Shown: positions 50,071-64,000 of the stretch, one piece after another
How the letters are laid out: the number at the start of each line of letters is the position of its first letter
How positions within the stretch are numbered: the first letter of the stretch is position 1
Source: the human T2T-CHM13v2.0 reference genome, Homo sapiens
DNA: 64,000 nt
Assembly: GCF_009914755.1 (NCBI RefSeq)
Contig: NC_060927.1
Direction: 5' to 3' (one strand)
Translations under genes and position numbers: made by a program
The notes under the pieces: generated by a model
What the model was told of the DNA's origin: nothing
What the model saw: only the letters and a program-made list of their open reading frames with translations
Database searches by the model: none

Positions 50071-52477
50071 GTGGTTGTATCCCTGAGCCAAACGTCTACC
50101 CAAACCACTAGGGAATAATCAGCCTTGAAGAGTAAAATGTGGCTTTTAAGAAAGCAGAGTGTACAGTACTACAACCCAGTGACAAATGCCATTTTCCTTT
50201 TTAGCACTTTGAGCTACAATCAGTCCCCAAACACACACCAGATAGGAACTGAAAAGCCCTGGTTATACAAGTACTGTTCCAAAAATAAAATGAGTGTTTT
50301 TTATGAAAAGCCAGAGAGAGACTAAAAAACAGCAGGAGCGCAAACTATGTGGAAATACAGACTTAGAAATAAGGGAAAATCAATCTACTCTCCCAGAGCA
50401 GTAACACCATCCTCAAGATCTCTGACCATTTCCATGCCCTGAGACCCACAAGAACCCTGGAAACATAGAGCAACCTGAAGTCCTTATTCATTAACTATTC
50501 ATTGCCAAAGATGTTCTGCAACTACTGTAACTCTGTTCCTCCTGTGAGTCATACCCTGTGCTAAGCACCAGAGACACCTACAGCACCAGGTTCTTGCCCT
50601 CACTGAATTTCCACTCTAGTGGAAAGAAAGGATTATTAAATAATCCTATAAATAAGTATATAACTGCACTTACAATAAGCACTATAAAGGAGAAACATCT
50701 GGAGCTGTGAGCCTCTATAATAGGGTGAAGTGCCATAATCAGGAAAACCTGATTACTTTAAATTTACATTACCCTAAAGAAGTGAAGAGTAAGTTGAGAG
50801 AGAGGGAGAAAGCGATGTGTATTGGTGAAAGTTCTTAGATACAAACAAGAAAGTCACCTTTAGCTAGTTTAAGACAGCAGGCTTTTATGGAGGGATATTA
50901 GACAGCTCACAGGATCATGGAGAGGACAGAGAACCTGAGCTTCTAGCATCACCTTCTCCAGCAGAAATAAACTGAGGCATGGGTACCAATACGGGATGGT
51001 GATCTAGAAAGATTTCCAACTTGCTTCTCTCCCTTTCTTCCCATATGACTTTCATTTCAAACTTTCCCTGTGGTTTCACCTCTTGAAACACCATGTCTCA
51101 GCTTGGATGAGCCACCTGAAAGACAATCAGTGAGTGTGTAGAGTAGGCATGAGGATCTTTCCAAATGGGCTCAAATTTTATCACTCAGGATTATGCTGCT
51201 CCCCTGCTCAAAATCTACTAAGAGTTTCATGACTTCAAGATAAAAGTGAAACCCACTGCATGGCTCCCAGCACTGTTAATGAGCTGGCTATAACCTACAT
51301 ATAACAGACACATCCACACCATTCCTTGCCTATGTGGAATTCTGCATTCCAGAGCTCGCCTACACATCCAACAGATGTAGCTAAGCAGTGGGTAAGGCAG
51401 CTGGAAAGTGAGAAGTGACCACAATGAGCAGGCGGCCTTCTGAAAAATGTAGCTATTTATCTGCCTCACTAGTGATGAGCAGCCACAAGCTTCCTCTGAC
51501 AAGGCGTTTAAGGAATGGGAAAACTGCATTGTATCCTTTCCTTCTGTTAATAAACGATAAAGTAATTTGCACTTTATAAAAATATGTTAACTCTGTCACT
51601 TGGTAGGAGAGTACTTTGATTAAAAAGGCCCTCTGTGTACTCCGTCTCTCAACAGTAGCTAGAATTCTATCATTAAAGCCTGCTTCTAACAGATTTTGGC
51701 CCAAATACTAGAAGCTGGTTCTTCCACTATGAGGTGCCTCCAACAGAGAGACTGTTTGACAGAGAGGCCACGGGACAGATGACTTGCTACTAGGAAACCC
51801 TAATGAAGGTTTCCACAAATGTGCAATCTGTATGTGTGTCCAGCTCGCCTGAACAGGTTTGGCTGCCAGATTCAGGCCAGAAAAATGTAAATATTTTGTC
51901 TAGACTCAAGGATAAAGGTGGTGTTGATGAGTTTGTCTCCCCAGGTGTATTATTAAGGACTAGGCACTTCTAGTTGAAAACAGAAATTTAAGGTAACAGT
52001 TTCAGAACCGTGTGCTGGCTTAGGTGGAACCTCCAGATTTTTCTGGGGGTGAAGGTGCATGCTCAGCCTGCACTGTAAGCCCATCATGAAGGCAAGCTGG
52101 ACTTCTGAAATAAGGACCTCTGGAGGATCTCGTCTGTATACAGTGAAATCTTAACACAAGACAGATGGGTTTGAATGTATTTTTCCCCTGACGTAAACAT
52201 CTCCTGGGGAGAGCTAAGGCAGACTAGTCTGGGGATGTTCTTCTCCTGGGTGAGAGGCTAAGTATGAATGGAGAGTCCAAGGAAGCCCCACGTCAACCAG
52301 GATAATGGTGCAGTTTGTGTGGATATCTTATGGCTATAGAGCCTTTATGTTCTCTGGGATAAAAAAATATTTCCCTCAAATGCGATATTCTGCTTTAGAC
52401 AACATTGTACACCTTAAAAACATCCCCAAAATCATAGAGCTCCAAATTTCCAAGGCTCTTATTTTGACTAACACACC

Positions 52478-52588
52478 AGAGAGTGAGAGAGAGAAGGAAA
52501 GAGGGAAGGAGAAAGGGAGGGATAGATGGAGAGAGAGGGAGAGAGAGAGGGAGGGAGAGAGGGAGCGAGGCAGGTAGAAGAAAGAAAA
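52478..52588. repeat. GA-rich polypurine tract (H-DNA prone)
   Basis: gagagagagaaggaaagagggaaggagaaagggagggatagatggagagagagggagagag... Confidence 0.85.
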
Positions 52589-52949
52589 CCAGACCTCCCA
52601 CCTTCTTTAGTTTTTTAATAGGTTTAATTTACTATAAGATGAGAGTTTTAACCCCCAGAAATGGTAAAAAAAAAAAAAAACTGTATGTTTTTGTGCATTT
52701 AGATGGTAAAAGATTTATAGTAGGCATAAAGAAAACAGTGATAGTTTAAAACTAAATTAACTACTCCAAAGAAATCCTTAGTTAAAAACTAACTAGACAG
52801 ATTGTTACATAATTAAAGTGATAATTTCTTCAAATTTACTTCATTATAAATAGCATCGTACATATGTGAGAGAGAGAATAAGGAGAAATGGTTAGTTAAC
52901 ACTTGAAATATTTTGAACAGGAATCCACACTTCAGAGAGGGCTGCTTAA

Positions 52950-53560
52950 ATTCTAATTATGAAAATCTATATATGAGACTTGTTTATCAGCTAAAAAGAG
53001 ATCAGAAATTTTTTTTTTCAGAACCCAATAGAAAAATGGGCAAATAAAATGAACAAACAATTAACTGAAGGGAAAACTCAAGATGCTAAAAAGCATATAA
53101 AGATTTCTCAAACTCATTAATTCTAGAAATGCAAATTTAAACCAAAATCTGACATTACAGACCCATCAGATTGACAAAACTAGAGAGCTGGATAGCATCA
53201 AAGTTGGTGGAACTTGGAACCGCTGTGCACTATTGGTGGGAACACAGGCAGGGGCTGGGGCGGCCATGCTGGAAAGCAACCCAGCACCATTAACTAGGAC
53301 CCAGAAATTCCCTTCTGAACAACCCCCAGGGAAGTTTTCTCAAATGCACATGGTAAATGGGCATGTTTGTTATAGCAGCATTTGCAGTACAAGGAGTTGA
53401 GGAAATGGAGGATGAATGATGAGGTGGAAGGTATGCAGATCAACATGCAGCCTTGGAAGCCATGTGTCAAAGATGGCAGAGCCAGGAGATGGAACCAGTT
53501 GGAAAAGCACTATGTGCCAATCAGGAACACTTGCTTTGGACTTTATAGGAGCAAGTTCAT
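52950..53560 (+). mobile_element. Ancient L1 (L1ME-like) ORF2 3' fragment
   Basis: aacccaatagaaaaatgggcaaa...tgaacaaacaattaac...gaaatgcaaatttaaacca...cccatcagattgacaaaa. Confidence 0.75.
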
Positions 53561-53959
53561 GTAAAGAAATTAAAAAAGAATTAAAACATGTCATAGGACA
53601 AAACTAAGAGATGTAACATTTCATCATCTAGTAACCATTGTATACACTTGGATTTGTGTGTTTAGGTTTCTGCATTTCCTTAATCAGATCTGTTACATCT
53701 GCCTGCTTACCTCAGGAATTAACCAAAAGAGTACTCCTCATTTTATTTCTTAAATAATCAAACGTCGTTTTAAAAAATAATAAGAAATACCCAGGTGAGA
53801 AATATTCAAATGTGGCTCTCTTTATAGGGGTGGAAGCTAAAATGAGGCCACTTATGAATAAAAATCCAATATTTCTAATGTGCTGGTCAAATATATACGG
53901 TTATATTAAGTTTTTAATTATACAAGTGGCTTTATTTTAACTCACTTAAGTTCGTGAGA

Positions 53960-54433
53960 TAACCCTAATTGCCTATTTAGTATCCATTTCCACTTTCTTA
54001 CTAACAAAACAATTCAAACTATTCAGCCTCCCTGCTGTCCTTGCTGCTAGGCATAGTGATTCAATTCAGTCTGGCAATAAGATGTGAGTGGCCCTGACGA
54101 AGATGTTTTGTCTGAAATATAAAAGAAAGCTTTGTTGAGAGGTAGCCTTTTGCTTTCCCCCTTCCTCCTTATTTCTACCTGGACCATGGATGAGAGGTTT
54201 GAAGGGCAGCAGCCACCTCATAACCATAAGGCACACCAAGACTGAGCCAGAAAGTCTGCATGTTGAGGGTGACAAAACAGAGGGATTTAAAGGAGCTGGG
54301 TTCTGGTGGCTTTGCCGAGCCACAGGAACAGCCTGGACTCCCTGCTACCCACCAACCCTACCCTACTTCTTATAATCTGTTAGTCAGTGTTAGTTGGTTT
54401 TCTATTATTTGCAGAAAAACAGATTCCTGATAC
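53960..54433 (+). mobile_element. MaLR solo LTR (MLT1K-like)
   Basis: ggcagcagccacctcataaccataagg...aggagctgggttc...cagcctggact...gttggttttctattatttgcag. Confidence 0.65.
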
Positions 54434-54892
54434 CATGTTAATCTTTCTGCACAATTTCAAATACAAGGACTTCTGTTTTCTTAAAAAAGTGGGGATGGTG
54501 GAGAAAGCCATGAGCTTAGTGTTCTATAATTTATATAAATGTCTTGTAAAGTAATTTAAATGTATAGTTTTAAAATGATATTCAGAAATTAAGTTGAGGG
54601 GGAAAAAAGATTGTCTGATAAGTAAGGGTTTCTCCTGAATATCCAACATAAAATATGAAATTGAAAATCTAAAACTCTATTTATAAAAGTGTATTTTTTA
54701 AAACTTCTTTTAAAAAGTCAGCTTGACAGTGTGGTGATTCCTCAAAGAACTAAAAACAGAACTACCACTGGCCCAGCAATTCCATTACTGGGTATGCACC
54801 CAAAGGAGTAGAAATCATTCTACCTTAAAGACACATGCACATGTATGTTCACTGCAACAGTGTTTACAATAGCAAAGGCATGGAATCACCTA

Positions 54893-55541
<649 letters not shown>

Positions 55542-56938
55542 GGGGAAGGGATTATGTCTTTTGCAGGAACATGAATAGAGCCTAGAGGCCATTATTCTTA
55601 GCAAACTAACACAGGAACAGAAAACCATATACTGCATGTTCTCACTTGTAAGTGGGAGTTAAATGATGGGAACGCATGGACACAAAGAGGTGGCTGGAAG
55701 GAAGGAGAAGATCAGAAAAAAATAACTACTGGGCACTGGGCTTAGTACCCAGGTGGCTAAATAATCTGTACAACAAACTCCTGTGGCAGAAGTTTACCTA
55801 TATAAGAAACCTGCACGTGTAACTCTGAACCTCAAAGTTTTTTTTTTTTTAAAGATAAAAACATTTTTTAAAAGTCTGCTTGAGAAATAAATATGTCCTA
55901 ACTAGGAAAAAGTGTAATATATACAAGTGTTTGTAAACAGCTGCAAGTTATAATTTTTATCAATTTCATGATAAATTCAAAATCAGGAAATAGAATGCTA
56001 TTATAATCAAATTGTGCTTTAATTACTAATTTTATTTTTAAATATAATCTTCTAAAAAGAAAGTAATTAATATGCTATGAAACTGGCAACACTCTAAAAT
56101 TATACTAAAGTATAAAAATAGAAACTTAAGATAAACATAAAATGACATTAGAAGTTCAAGGATAAAATTTCCACCATGAAGTTGTAGAATCTGAGCCAAG
56201 AAAAGAAAACAGAACTATTCCCTAACTTGTCTTCTAAGAAAACAAATCTTACACATGAGCTTTATTCTCTCTAAATGATTGGTAATTTCAAACTTGGGAA
56301 CTTTTTATTGAATGCTTTAGTTCAAAAGAAATAAAAACATATTGTATAATAAAACTGGGAAATTTAACTTTTCATAGTCTAGCAATTTCCTTATAAACTG
56401 AAATAAGAAAAAAACATCTATTGGTAATTTTTTTTGTTGAAATTCAATTCTTTATAAGTGACTGTGTGATTTATCTGTCTAGCATTTGCACAGTTTCTAC
56501 AGAAAGCAAAGATAGAAATATATCATGACATATTTTAATTATACCAAGATTAGGTTTTATGGCAGAGGCAAAGTAGCTGAAACTTTTTATGACTGCAATT
56601 TTCTACATTTTTATACTTATTTTCATATAAAAACAACAATAAAATACAGTCTAGTTACTCTTAATTAAATTGATACTGGAAAATATATAAATGTAATGTT
56701 AATGTGGTATTACAATATTACAAATAATATTTCTAAATCCAAAGAACTGGGTTTTAAAAAATAAATTGCTTCTAATGAAACTAGATATTGTAAAATTATA
56801 TAGATGCACACTGGGTTTACATAATTTTTAAGAAAAGTATTTTGGTAATACTGTTAATATTAATTGTAAGGTATCATTAATTTCCTTATATTTTGCTGCC
56901 TTCTATCTTCTGGGACCCTGGATTTATACAATATCGAG

Positions 56939-57440
56939 TGTGGCAGAGAACTGTACCACCTGCCATGGAGGAATTGTGCTCCTCCATGCAATTAGATGAG
57001 ACTGCATGCTTAGTCCTGGCCAATGTGCTGTGGATCAAAGCGGTACGTGCCCCTTCCCAGACAAAGCATTGCAGAGACAGGATGTGATACAGCATCTCTC
57101 TTTTTCCCCTGCTGAGGATGGTGCAGTTTTAAGATGGTGGGCCTGGCAATGGCTCACACCTGTAATCCCAGAACTTTGGGAGGCTGAGGTGAGTGAATCA
57201 CCTGAGGTCAGGAGCTTGAGACCAGCCTGGCCAACTTGGTGAAACCCCGTCTCTACTAAAAATACTCTGTCTCAAAAAAAAAAAAAAAATACGGTGGACC
57301 CATGTCAGAGTGAATCCCTGAGTAATCATGTGGAGCATAACTCCCACTGACCCATAGTAAATATAAACCATGAGTGGAAAATAAATCTTTGATGTGTTAA
57401 ACTATGTAGATTTATTTTGGCTAATTAACTGAGATAATTA
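56939..57440 (+). mobile_element. MaLR solo LTR (MLT1I/J-like) interrupted by an Alu
   Basis: tgtggcagagaactg...agtcctggccaatgtgctgtgg... and ccctgagtaatcatgtggag...aataaatctttgatgtgttaa. Confidence 0.7.
57140..57289 (+). mobile_element. AluS lacking almost all of the right monomer
   Basis: Left arm and linker actaaaaatac join directly to tctgtctc(A)n. TSD-like aagatggtgg / aatacggtgg. Confidence 0.9.
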
Positions 57441-57899
57441 GTATGTCTCTACTCATCTAAATAGAGTTCAACACAAAACTATCTAGAATGAGAGTTAAAT
57501 AATGTCATTAATAAATACACATGCATATGCAAAATCTAGGTTTACATTTTAGTCCACAGAGATAATTTCAAGCAAAACACAATATTTTCCATTTGTCTAT
57601 GTTCTGTACTAATTGTATGGAATGTCTCCATCACATACCAAAAGTCCTATGGTTTTGTATTTCTTCAAGTCTTTCTGAGGAAAAATAAAAAGTGAATGAA
57701 AGTAGTTTTTTCCTCCAAATTATATACCATAACCAGATGATACCAAGAAGGAAAATTACCTGGAACTCTAAAATGTAAAACACACTCACCATTATTTGGT
57801 CTTCACCAACCACCAAGTGTTTCTTGAAAGCTCTGTGGGATCTATTGTGCACTAAAAATCATGCTCAAATTCAGGACCCCCCCCCCCCACCCCTGGAGA

Positions 57900-58894
57900 C
57901 CAATCTTCCTTCTACGTTTTGACCACTTCTTCCTTGTGTTCTCTGTATACTCCTCCTCTTCTTTGCCTTCAGTGGAGTGGGTCTCAGGGTTTGGTTCTAT
58001 GTCCCTAACCCTTTCACTCCACACACTCTTCTTTGAAAAGCTCATCCCTATCTGTGGCTTCATTGACTTCCAAATCTCCCCCCACTATGCAGATCCCTTA
58101 TCAGCAGTGTGGGCGCATGTGGCACCCAAAGGGCATCTCCACTTAGGTGTCTGGTAAGAACCTCAAGAAGTTCATCATTTCCCCCCAGCAAGCCTGCTTC
58201 TCTTCCTCTGTCCCTGCTCTCAGCATTGTCATCAACCCACACATCTAGAATATTATCCTTGGAAATCCTCTCTCATCAAGTTTCCTCCCACCCCACACTC
58301 CTTAGTTTTCCCATTAAACTCGGACCTTTTTTCACACACAGCTAAACTCACCCATATTGCTGCACCAGCTCCAGTCTTACCCCACTCCTATCCATTCAAC
58401 ACTGCTTCAAGTGAGCTTCCTAAATGCCAATCTCACCTAAATCCTTCAATGCCTCCCCATCACCTAGGATTGAGTCCCCTTAGCATAGTACTCCAGGTTC
58501 CCTTTGATCTCATGCCTACATTTTTGTAATGGAGCCTCTTTTCTCCCTACTCCTCTCCCTAGCATCTGAGCTCCAGCTGTACTGAACTCCCTGTGCACCC
58601 TGGACTCTGCTTGCACCCTCATCTCTGGACCCTTGTTCATGCTATGCCCTGTGTCTGAAATGCCTTTCTCATCCAGTTCATCTGGTTAAGCACTAGTCAT
58701 CATTCAGGTGTCAGTGTGGGCACTCCTTCTCTGAAGATGCCTTCTCTGCCAAGTTGAGCCAGGCTTCTCCTCTCTGATGTTCCACTTCCCTGTGCTTCCC
58801 TAAAGTGGAAAGATAGAATCACCCTGTCATTGCCTGTCTACTAGCCTATTTATCCTCCTCACTCCCAACTCTATGAGCTTTCTATGGGCAGTGT
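57900..58894 (+). mobile_element. L2 LINE 3' region (its terminal piece resumes at ~60570-60660)
   Basis: catctccacttaggtgtct, aaatccttcaatgcctccccatcacc, tgtctgaaatgcctttc and ctatgagctttctatgggcag match L2. Confidence 0.75.
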
Positions 58895-60567
58895 CAGAGG
58901 TAGATTCTCCATGAATCTGAGGATGCCCGAGCTTCAGGTTCCTCACTTGCCCAGCTCCTTCCCAGGGCTCTTAGAGGGGCCACAACAATGTCCTCAATCA
59001 GTGAGAACACAATCGTCAACAATGTCTTCTCATGGTCATATGATTTGTCAAAAAGATTCAAACACAACCCATTAAAAATGCCATCTTTTTCTACCTGACT
59101 TCCCCTCTATGTCACTTCCTTTCACGTGGGGTACACTGAAGTGGCTGTGGGATAGGTTTAATTTGGGGTCAGTGGGGGTATTTTACAAAAGCGCTTCACA
59201 GTAACTTCCGTGGAATATTCTTACTGTCTACTGCACAGACCCCTCCAGTATCATGTACAAAAGTGCAGGGCCAGAGATTGTGTTATGATATGAACATGTT
59301 CTACAGCACCTGGAGGTGGAAGATAAGCAAAGTTTAAAATGCTCAGAGCTGGAAGCTTATCTGTGTAATATTCTTAAAATCACAGGAAGAATAAAATTAC
59401 TAGCAAAGACTTCTATGTTCCTCCACATCTAGATTGAAAATGCCTCTCAGGAATATATTCAATAATGTCATATATGGAATTATAAATTTGGCACACATTT
59501 AAACATTTTTTATAGGAATACCACAAAATAAATTGTGTCATAATTCTTGTGCTATAGGGCACAAACCTGTAACAAAGCTACAAACAGAGAACATGTCGAT
59601 ATGGGAAGTAGCATGTTTTAAACATCCCTATGGATCAGGGCAGATCTTGGTGTATCTGAAACAATTTGTCTTCCCCAAACCTGAAAGATTCAGATAAAAC
59701 AGCATACAAAATCATCACCAATGCAGGAAGATGATCTGAAGAAAGCAGCCTGGCAAAAATGCTACACAATGTATGTAGTATAAAAGTAAGTTCACAGGGT
59801 ACTATGTTAAACATGTATTTAAACTCCTTTGTGTATGCATTAATTTCAGAATAATATTGTCTATTTTTTGGAATTATCACTGCAAAACTCAAATATGACA
59901 GAAAGGAAGCATCCTAGTGGAAGCCAAAAATGTCAACTGAGAGACTAGCAAAGGCTTCACAATGTCCAAACCTCCTATGTCACATGGATTAAAAAGCTGA
60001 TGGCACAGAGGAAGATAAGGAAAGAATCACGATATTCAAAAAACAGAAATAGATAAAAAAAAAGAAGGGATAAAAAGGTTATAAGAATCAACACACTATC
60101 AAACAAGAAATAAAAGAGCAGAAGAGATGGAGTGCAGAATTCATATATCCAAGGTAGAGGTTTTGTCCACATTCACAACAATCCTCACTCTTACATGACA
60201 TTACCGTAACGATGCATGAGGATAAAAAACTTTTCCCAGCTCTCGATAATATAAAGCAATTTTTGATGATAAACTATACAAGACAAAGGACTGAATCGTC
60301 TTTTGGTCCTTCTTGGAAAATAACATCACAAAAACATTGTCATATGAAGAGATGATCAAAGACCATGCTATCAAAATATAATAACAAATACTATAGATAT
60401 ATGTCAGTTAATTCAAGTAGAGGATTGTTTTTCTGAATTTTTCAGCTTTTAAAAATGTAAAATTTGATGTAATTTCTTATGCTAAATAAATATTCACATT
60501 TTACCTATATTCATAATCTTATATTATTTTCACTAAAAGGATACATAGCAGTGAGATCCACTCCCAG
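58895..60567 (+). mobile_element. Zaphod/MER115-like hAT-Tip100 DNA transposon with decayed transposase remnant
   Basis: 5' end cagaggtagattctccatgaa...agcttcaggttcctcacttgc; 3' end gatccactccc. Region ~60230-60375 translates, with stops and a frameshift, to NFSQLSII..GLNRLLVL / ENNITKTLSYEEMIKDHA, resembling the hAT dimerisation domain. Confidence 0.75.
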
Positions 60568-60902
60568 GTGGGTGAGGACTCTTTTTCATATTTCTACCCC
60601 CTATCTCAGCCCTGTGCTGGCACCTTGGACTTGCTCAGTAAATGAAAGGGATGAGTTAGTGAGCTGGCTATGTTACTATCACCCTGCCTCTGTGACTGCC
60701 TAAGTCATGCCACCCTTTAGGCCTCTGATTATTCCTTTACATACAGAGAGTCCTTTCTTTCCCAAGGGTTTGGACATCCCTAGGGCTGAGGGATCTGCCT
60801 CAGAGTCTGCCAAGTCAGTCAGCAAAACCGCAGAACAGCTTGTACTCCACAGATAAGCAAATGTCCTGGGAACTTTATTTGGCTTTTTGTTTGTTTGTTC
60901 AA

Positions 60903-61590
60903 GGACTTCAACTTTTTAGAGCAGTTTGAGGTTCATGGAAAAACTGAATGGAAGGTAGAGAGATTTCCCACATACCCTCTCCCCGACACATCTAGAGCCT
61001 CCCCCATCATCAACATCCCCACCAGAGTGGCACATCATTTCCACCCATAGTTTATACCAAGGTGTCGTACATCCTATGGGTTTTAACAAATGCATAGCAA
61101 CATGGATCCATCATTATAGTGTCTTAAGAGTAGTAGTTTCACTGCCCCCCAAAATCCTCTATGCTTTGCTTATTCATCATTTTTTCTCCCAAACTATTTA
61201 TCTTTTTACTGTCTTCATAATTTTGCCATTTTTAGAATGTCATATAGTTAGAATCATACAGTATGTAGCCTTTTAAAATTGGCTTCACTTAGTAATATAC
61301 ATTAAAGTTTCTTCCATGTCTTTTCATGGCTTAACAGTACATTAATTTTTAGTTCTGAATAATATTCCATCATCTGGATGTACCACAGTCTATTTATCCA
61401 CTCACCTACCGAAGGAAATCTTGGTTGCTTCCAAGTTTTGGCAACTATGAATAAAGCTACTATAAAGATCTATGTGCAGGTTTTTGTGTGGACGTAAGTT
61501 TACAATTCCTTTGGGTAAATACCAAGGAGCATGACTGGGAGATAATACAGTAAAAGTATGTTTAATTTTGTAAGAAATCATAGAAACTTT
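60903..61590 (-). mobile_element. L1MC-like LINE 3' end
   Basis: tttttagagcagtttgaggttcat...gatttcccacataccc...caacatccccaccagagtgg; atcttggttgcttccaagttttggcaactatgaataaagct. Confidence 0.85.
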
Positions 61591-62799
61591 GTTTTTGATG
61601 CACATGGCCCAGCAAGGAGTCCCTCTGTAACTGGGCCATTGTAGTTAAGCCAACATAGAAGTGATTGATCACCTGAAATCACATCCTATGTTGCACGTTC
61701 CTGCCCTATGGACAGTCTACAGGCTTGTTGATTTGCACATGAAATGGAAAGCATCTCACCATTCTCTAAAGCAATGGAAAATTCTCTCATCCTCTGTCAT
61801 GGCTGATTCTTTGCACAGGTAACGTGCAGTGAGGATGCTCAGCTCACATTGATTTAGCATAGCCAGGCCTTCACTGTGTGTATTCTCCTGTTGGCTGCCT
61901 GAGTTCAAGGCAAGGCTGTTAATTCTCCTGCTTCAGGATGTTAGAGGATGGTTGAAGTTATTTTTTTTTTCCTGGGCATATTTAAATGGACCTAGGACAT
62001 TGTAATGGCTTGCCACAAATGGACTCCCTTCCAAAGGCAAGCTGCCCAACTTGATAATTTCTTTGAAGGCTCACATTCTGCTGCTGTCTCCTTCTACCCA
62101 AGTGCTGAGCAGAAGCCATGTGTGGAGCCAGGCTTCTACCATGGGGACCCACCCACAGCCCAGTGCAGAAAAGGACATTCATGCTGAATGTGCAACTGTC
62201 AGAATAAGCTACCGACTGTGCACTGAAGGAGACTCAGTTTTTCTTGCTCTAATAAATACTATAGAATACTTCTAGTAAAAACAACTATAGGGCACAAGCC
62301 CTGCCCAAGAGCTTTATTTTTCTAGTCAATCCTCTCAACAAGGGCAATCAGTTGGTAATACCCAAACAGACAAAACTCCCTGTATTTAACACTGTTTGCT
62401 TAATTGTAAAATAGCAGTGATGACAGAAACCACAACTGACTGCACACCTGCCTGGTGCCAGACCCTGTCCTAGGCAATGGGAGTGAAAGGTGAGAAAAAC
62501 ACATTTTCTTCTCACAGCATTAAGGAGCTCATGGGGTCGGGATGGAGACAGACATTTAAACAGGGGATTTACAACAAAGCAAATCACAAACAACACAATG
62601 TTTAAAGGGAAGCTTGAGCAAGTCAGAGACATTTTTTGCTAATGCAGGACTAAAAGGAAGCTATTTGGCTTCCCAAAATAATTTTCTATGAAAACCCTTC
62701 CAGATTGTATTTAAAATAGAATTGGGTTTAGAGAAGGACGGGAAAACAGAGAGATGCAGACCCAACATCCAATCTTCATTGCTATGCATCTTTCCCCCA

Positions 62800-62960
62800 T
62801 TAATCTTCACAGTAACTCCCATTATGTTATCACCACTTGATTATCTTTGTTTCTCAGATAAGAAAAAAACTGAGGCTCAGAGAGGTTAAGAGACCAAAGC
62901 CAGGTCACACAGCAGCACTAAATCTGAATGCAAGTGTGTAAAATTGTCAAGCCCATGTGT
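62800..62960 (-). mobile_element. MIR SINE
   Basis: aaactgaggctcagagaggttaag...caggtcacacagc. Confidence 0.7.
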
Positions 62961-63796
62961 TCTCCAGCACCCAGCAATCTTTTCCGGAATGCAGACATAA
63001 TACGAATAAGGGACCCCCTTGTATTATAGAACCTGGAACTTGAGAAACCCCCAGGCTGAATTGGAGGTGTTGAGTCCTGTTTCTTCATTTCTTTTTCCCC
63101 TTTCTCCTCCTGCTAAACACAGCTGCTTCACCTTACCAAGCCCAAAATTCATTGCTGCTGGTGTTCAGGCCTGAGCTCAGCTCTCTGGGGACCATGTTTG
63201 AGGAGCTTGGTGACTCAGGCCCTCCGCTCTAAATTCCTATTAAGCACTCTAGATTTAATAGCTGCTATTAATACAAATTATGCTTCATTAAGCATGAAGC
63301 TAAGGAGAATGCAACTTGGAGGCTCCAGTTCAATACAGGACTGAAGGACAAACAGAACGGCTATTTTTAATCCTGGCAATGTCAGTGGGGAGAGAACAGC
63401 CTAACATTGCATGTGCCTGTCCCTACTTCTGCAAATTGAGTTTTCACATTTTCAAATAAGCATCCCTTGTTTTCAGCTTGTGATGTGTGACAGAGGTAAA
63501 CCTTTCTAATCCTTGAGAGCTAGTAGTATCAAGAACATTTTTCCCTTCAGGAAACTTTTTTTCTACAAAACCTAAGAAGGTACAGGGAGCGAGAAGCTAC
63601 CAGCAGGTCCCCTAGCAGGGGTTTCCGTTAGAAATCTTTCTGCAGACTCCAACTCCACACCTCAGTGAAGGCTCATGGGCTGGGGGTTAGGAAACCTTGC
63701 TATGCCACCCTATTCACCTCGCTGGTTTTATAGACTGTGTTCTATTCAGAGGCAGCTCAAAAGTAGGCAAAAATCATAACTGTGGAGTTCTTCTAG

Positions 63797-63990
63797 ATTG
63801 GCAATCAGTAAGTATTTTCTGTAAAAGGCCAGAAAACAAACATTTTAGGCTTTGTAAGACCTATAATCTCTGCAATTGCCGCACAAAAGCCACTACAGAC
63901 TACACGTAAAGGTATGCGCATGACCGTGTTCCAATAAAACTTTATCTGCAAAAATTAGGTGTAGGCCAGATTTGGACCACAGGCCATAGC
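63797..63990 (+). mobile_element. MER58A-like hAT MITE
   Basis: ttttctgtaaaaggccag...attttaggctttg...gtgttccaataaaactttat...ggccagatttggaccacaggccatag. Confidence 0.8.
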
Positions 63991-64000
63991 ACCCTACTTC

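Overview
Primate, almost certainly human, genomic DNA. It carries the 3' part of the calsyntenin-2 gene (CLSTN2, + strand). Eight GT-AG-bounded coding exons (11841-12007, 21843-21991, 23970-24187, 27467-27637, 28140-28285, 28409-28532, 29290-29474, 31382-31582) splice in frame to about 453 C-terminal residues: distal ectodomain, TM helix, NP motif, two W-acidic kinesin-light-chain motifs and an acidic tract. A probable ~11 kb 3' UTR ends near AATAAA at 42699, followed by ~21 kb of repeat-rich intergenic DNA. The rest is intron and interspersed repeats (Alu, L1, L2, MIR, MaLR LTRs, hAT/Tigger DNA transposons, several nested); repeat subfamily names come from remembered consensus sequences and are approximate. 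Nearly all other ORFs in the track look spurious. I found no new protein-coding system. The most unusual signals are: a young ~1.4 kb tandem duplication (14035-17001) apparently seeded by an earlier ~103 bp local templated insertion into a MIR; a 42 bp double-palindrome indel inside it; other template-switch scars; duplicated splice sites at two exons; and a GGAC/ACAC repeat cluster in the 3' UTR.
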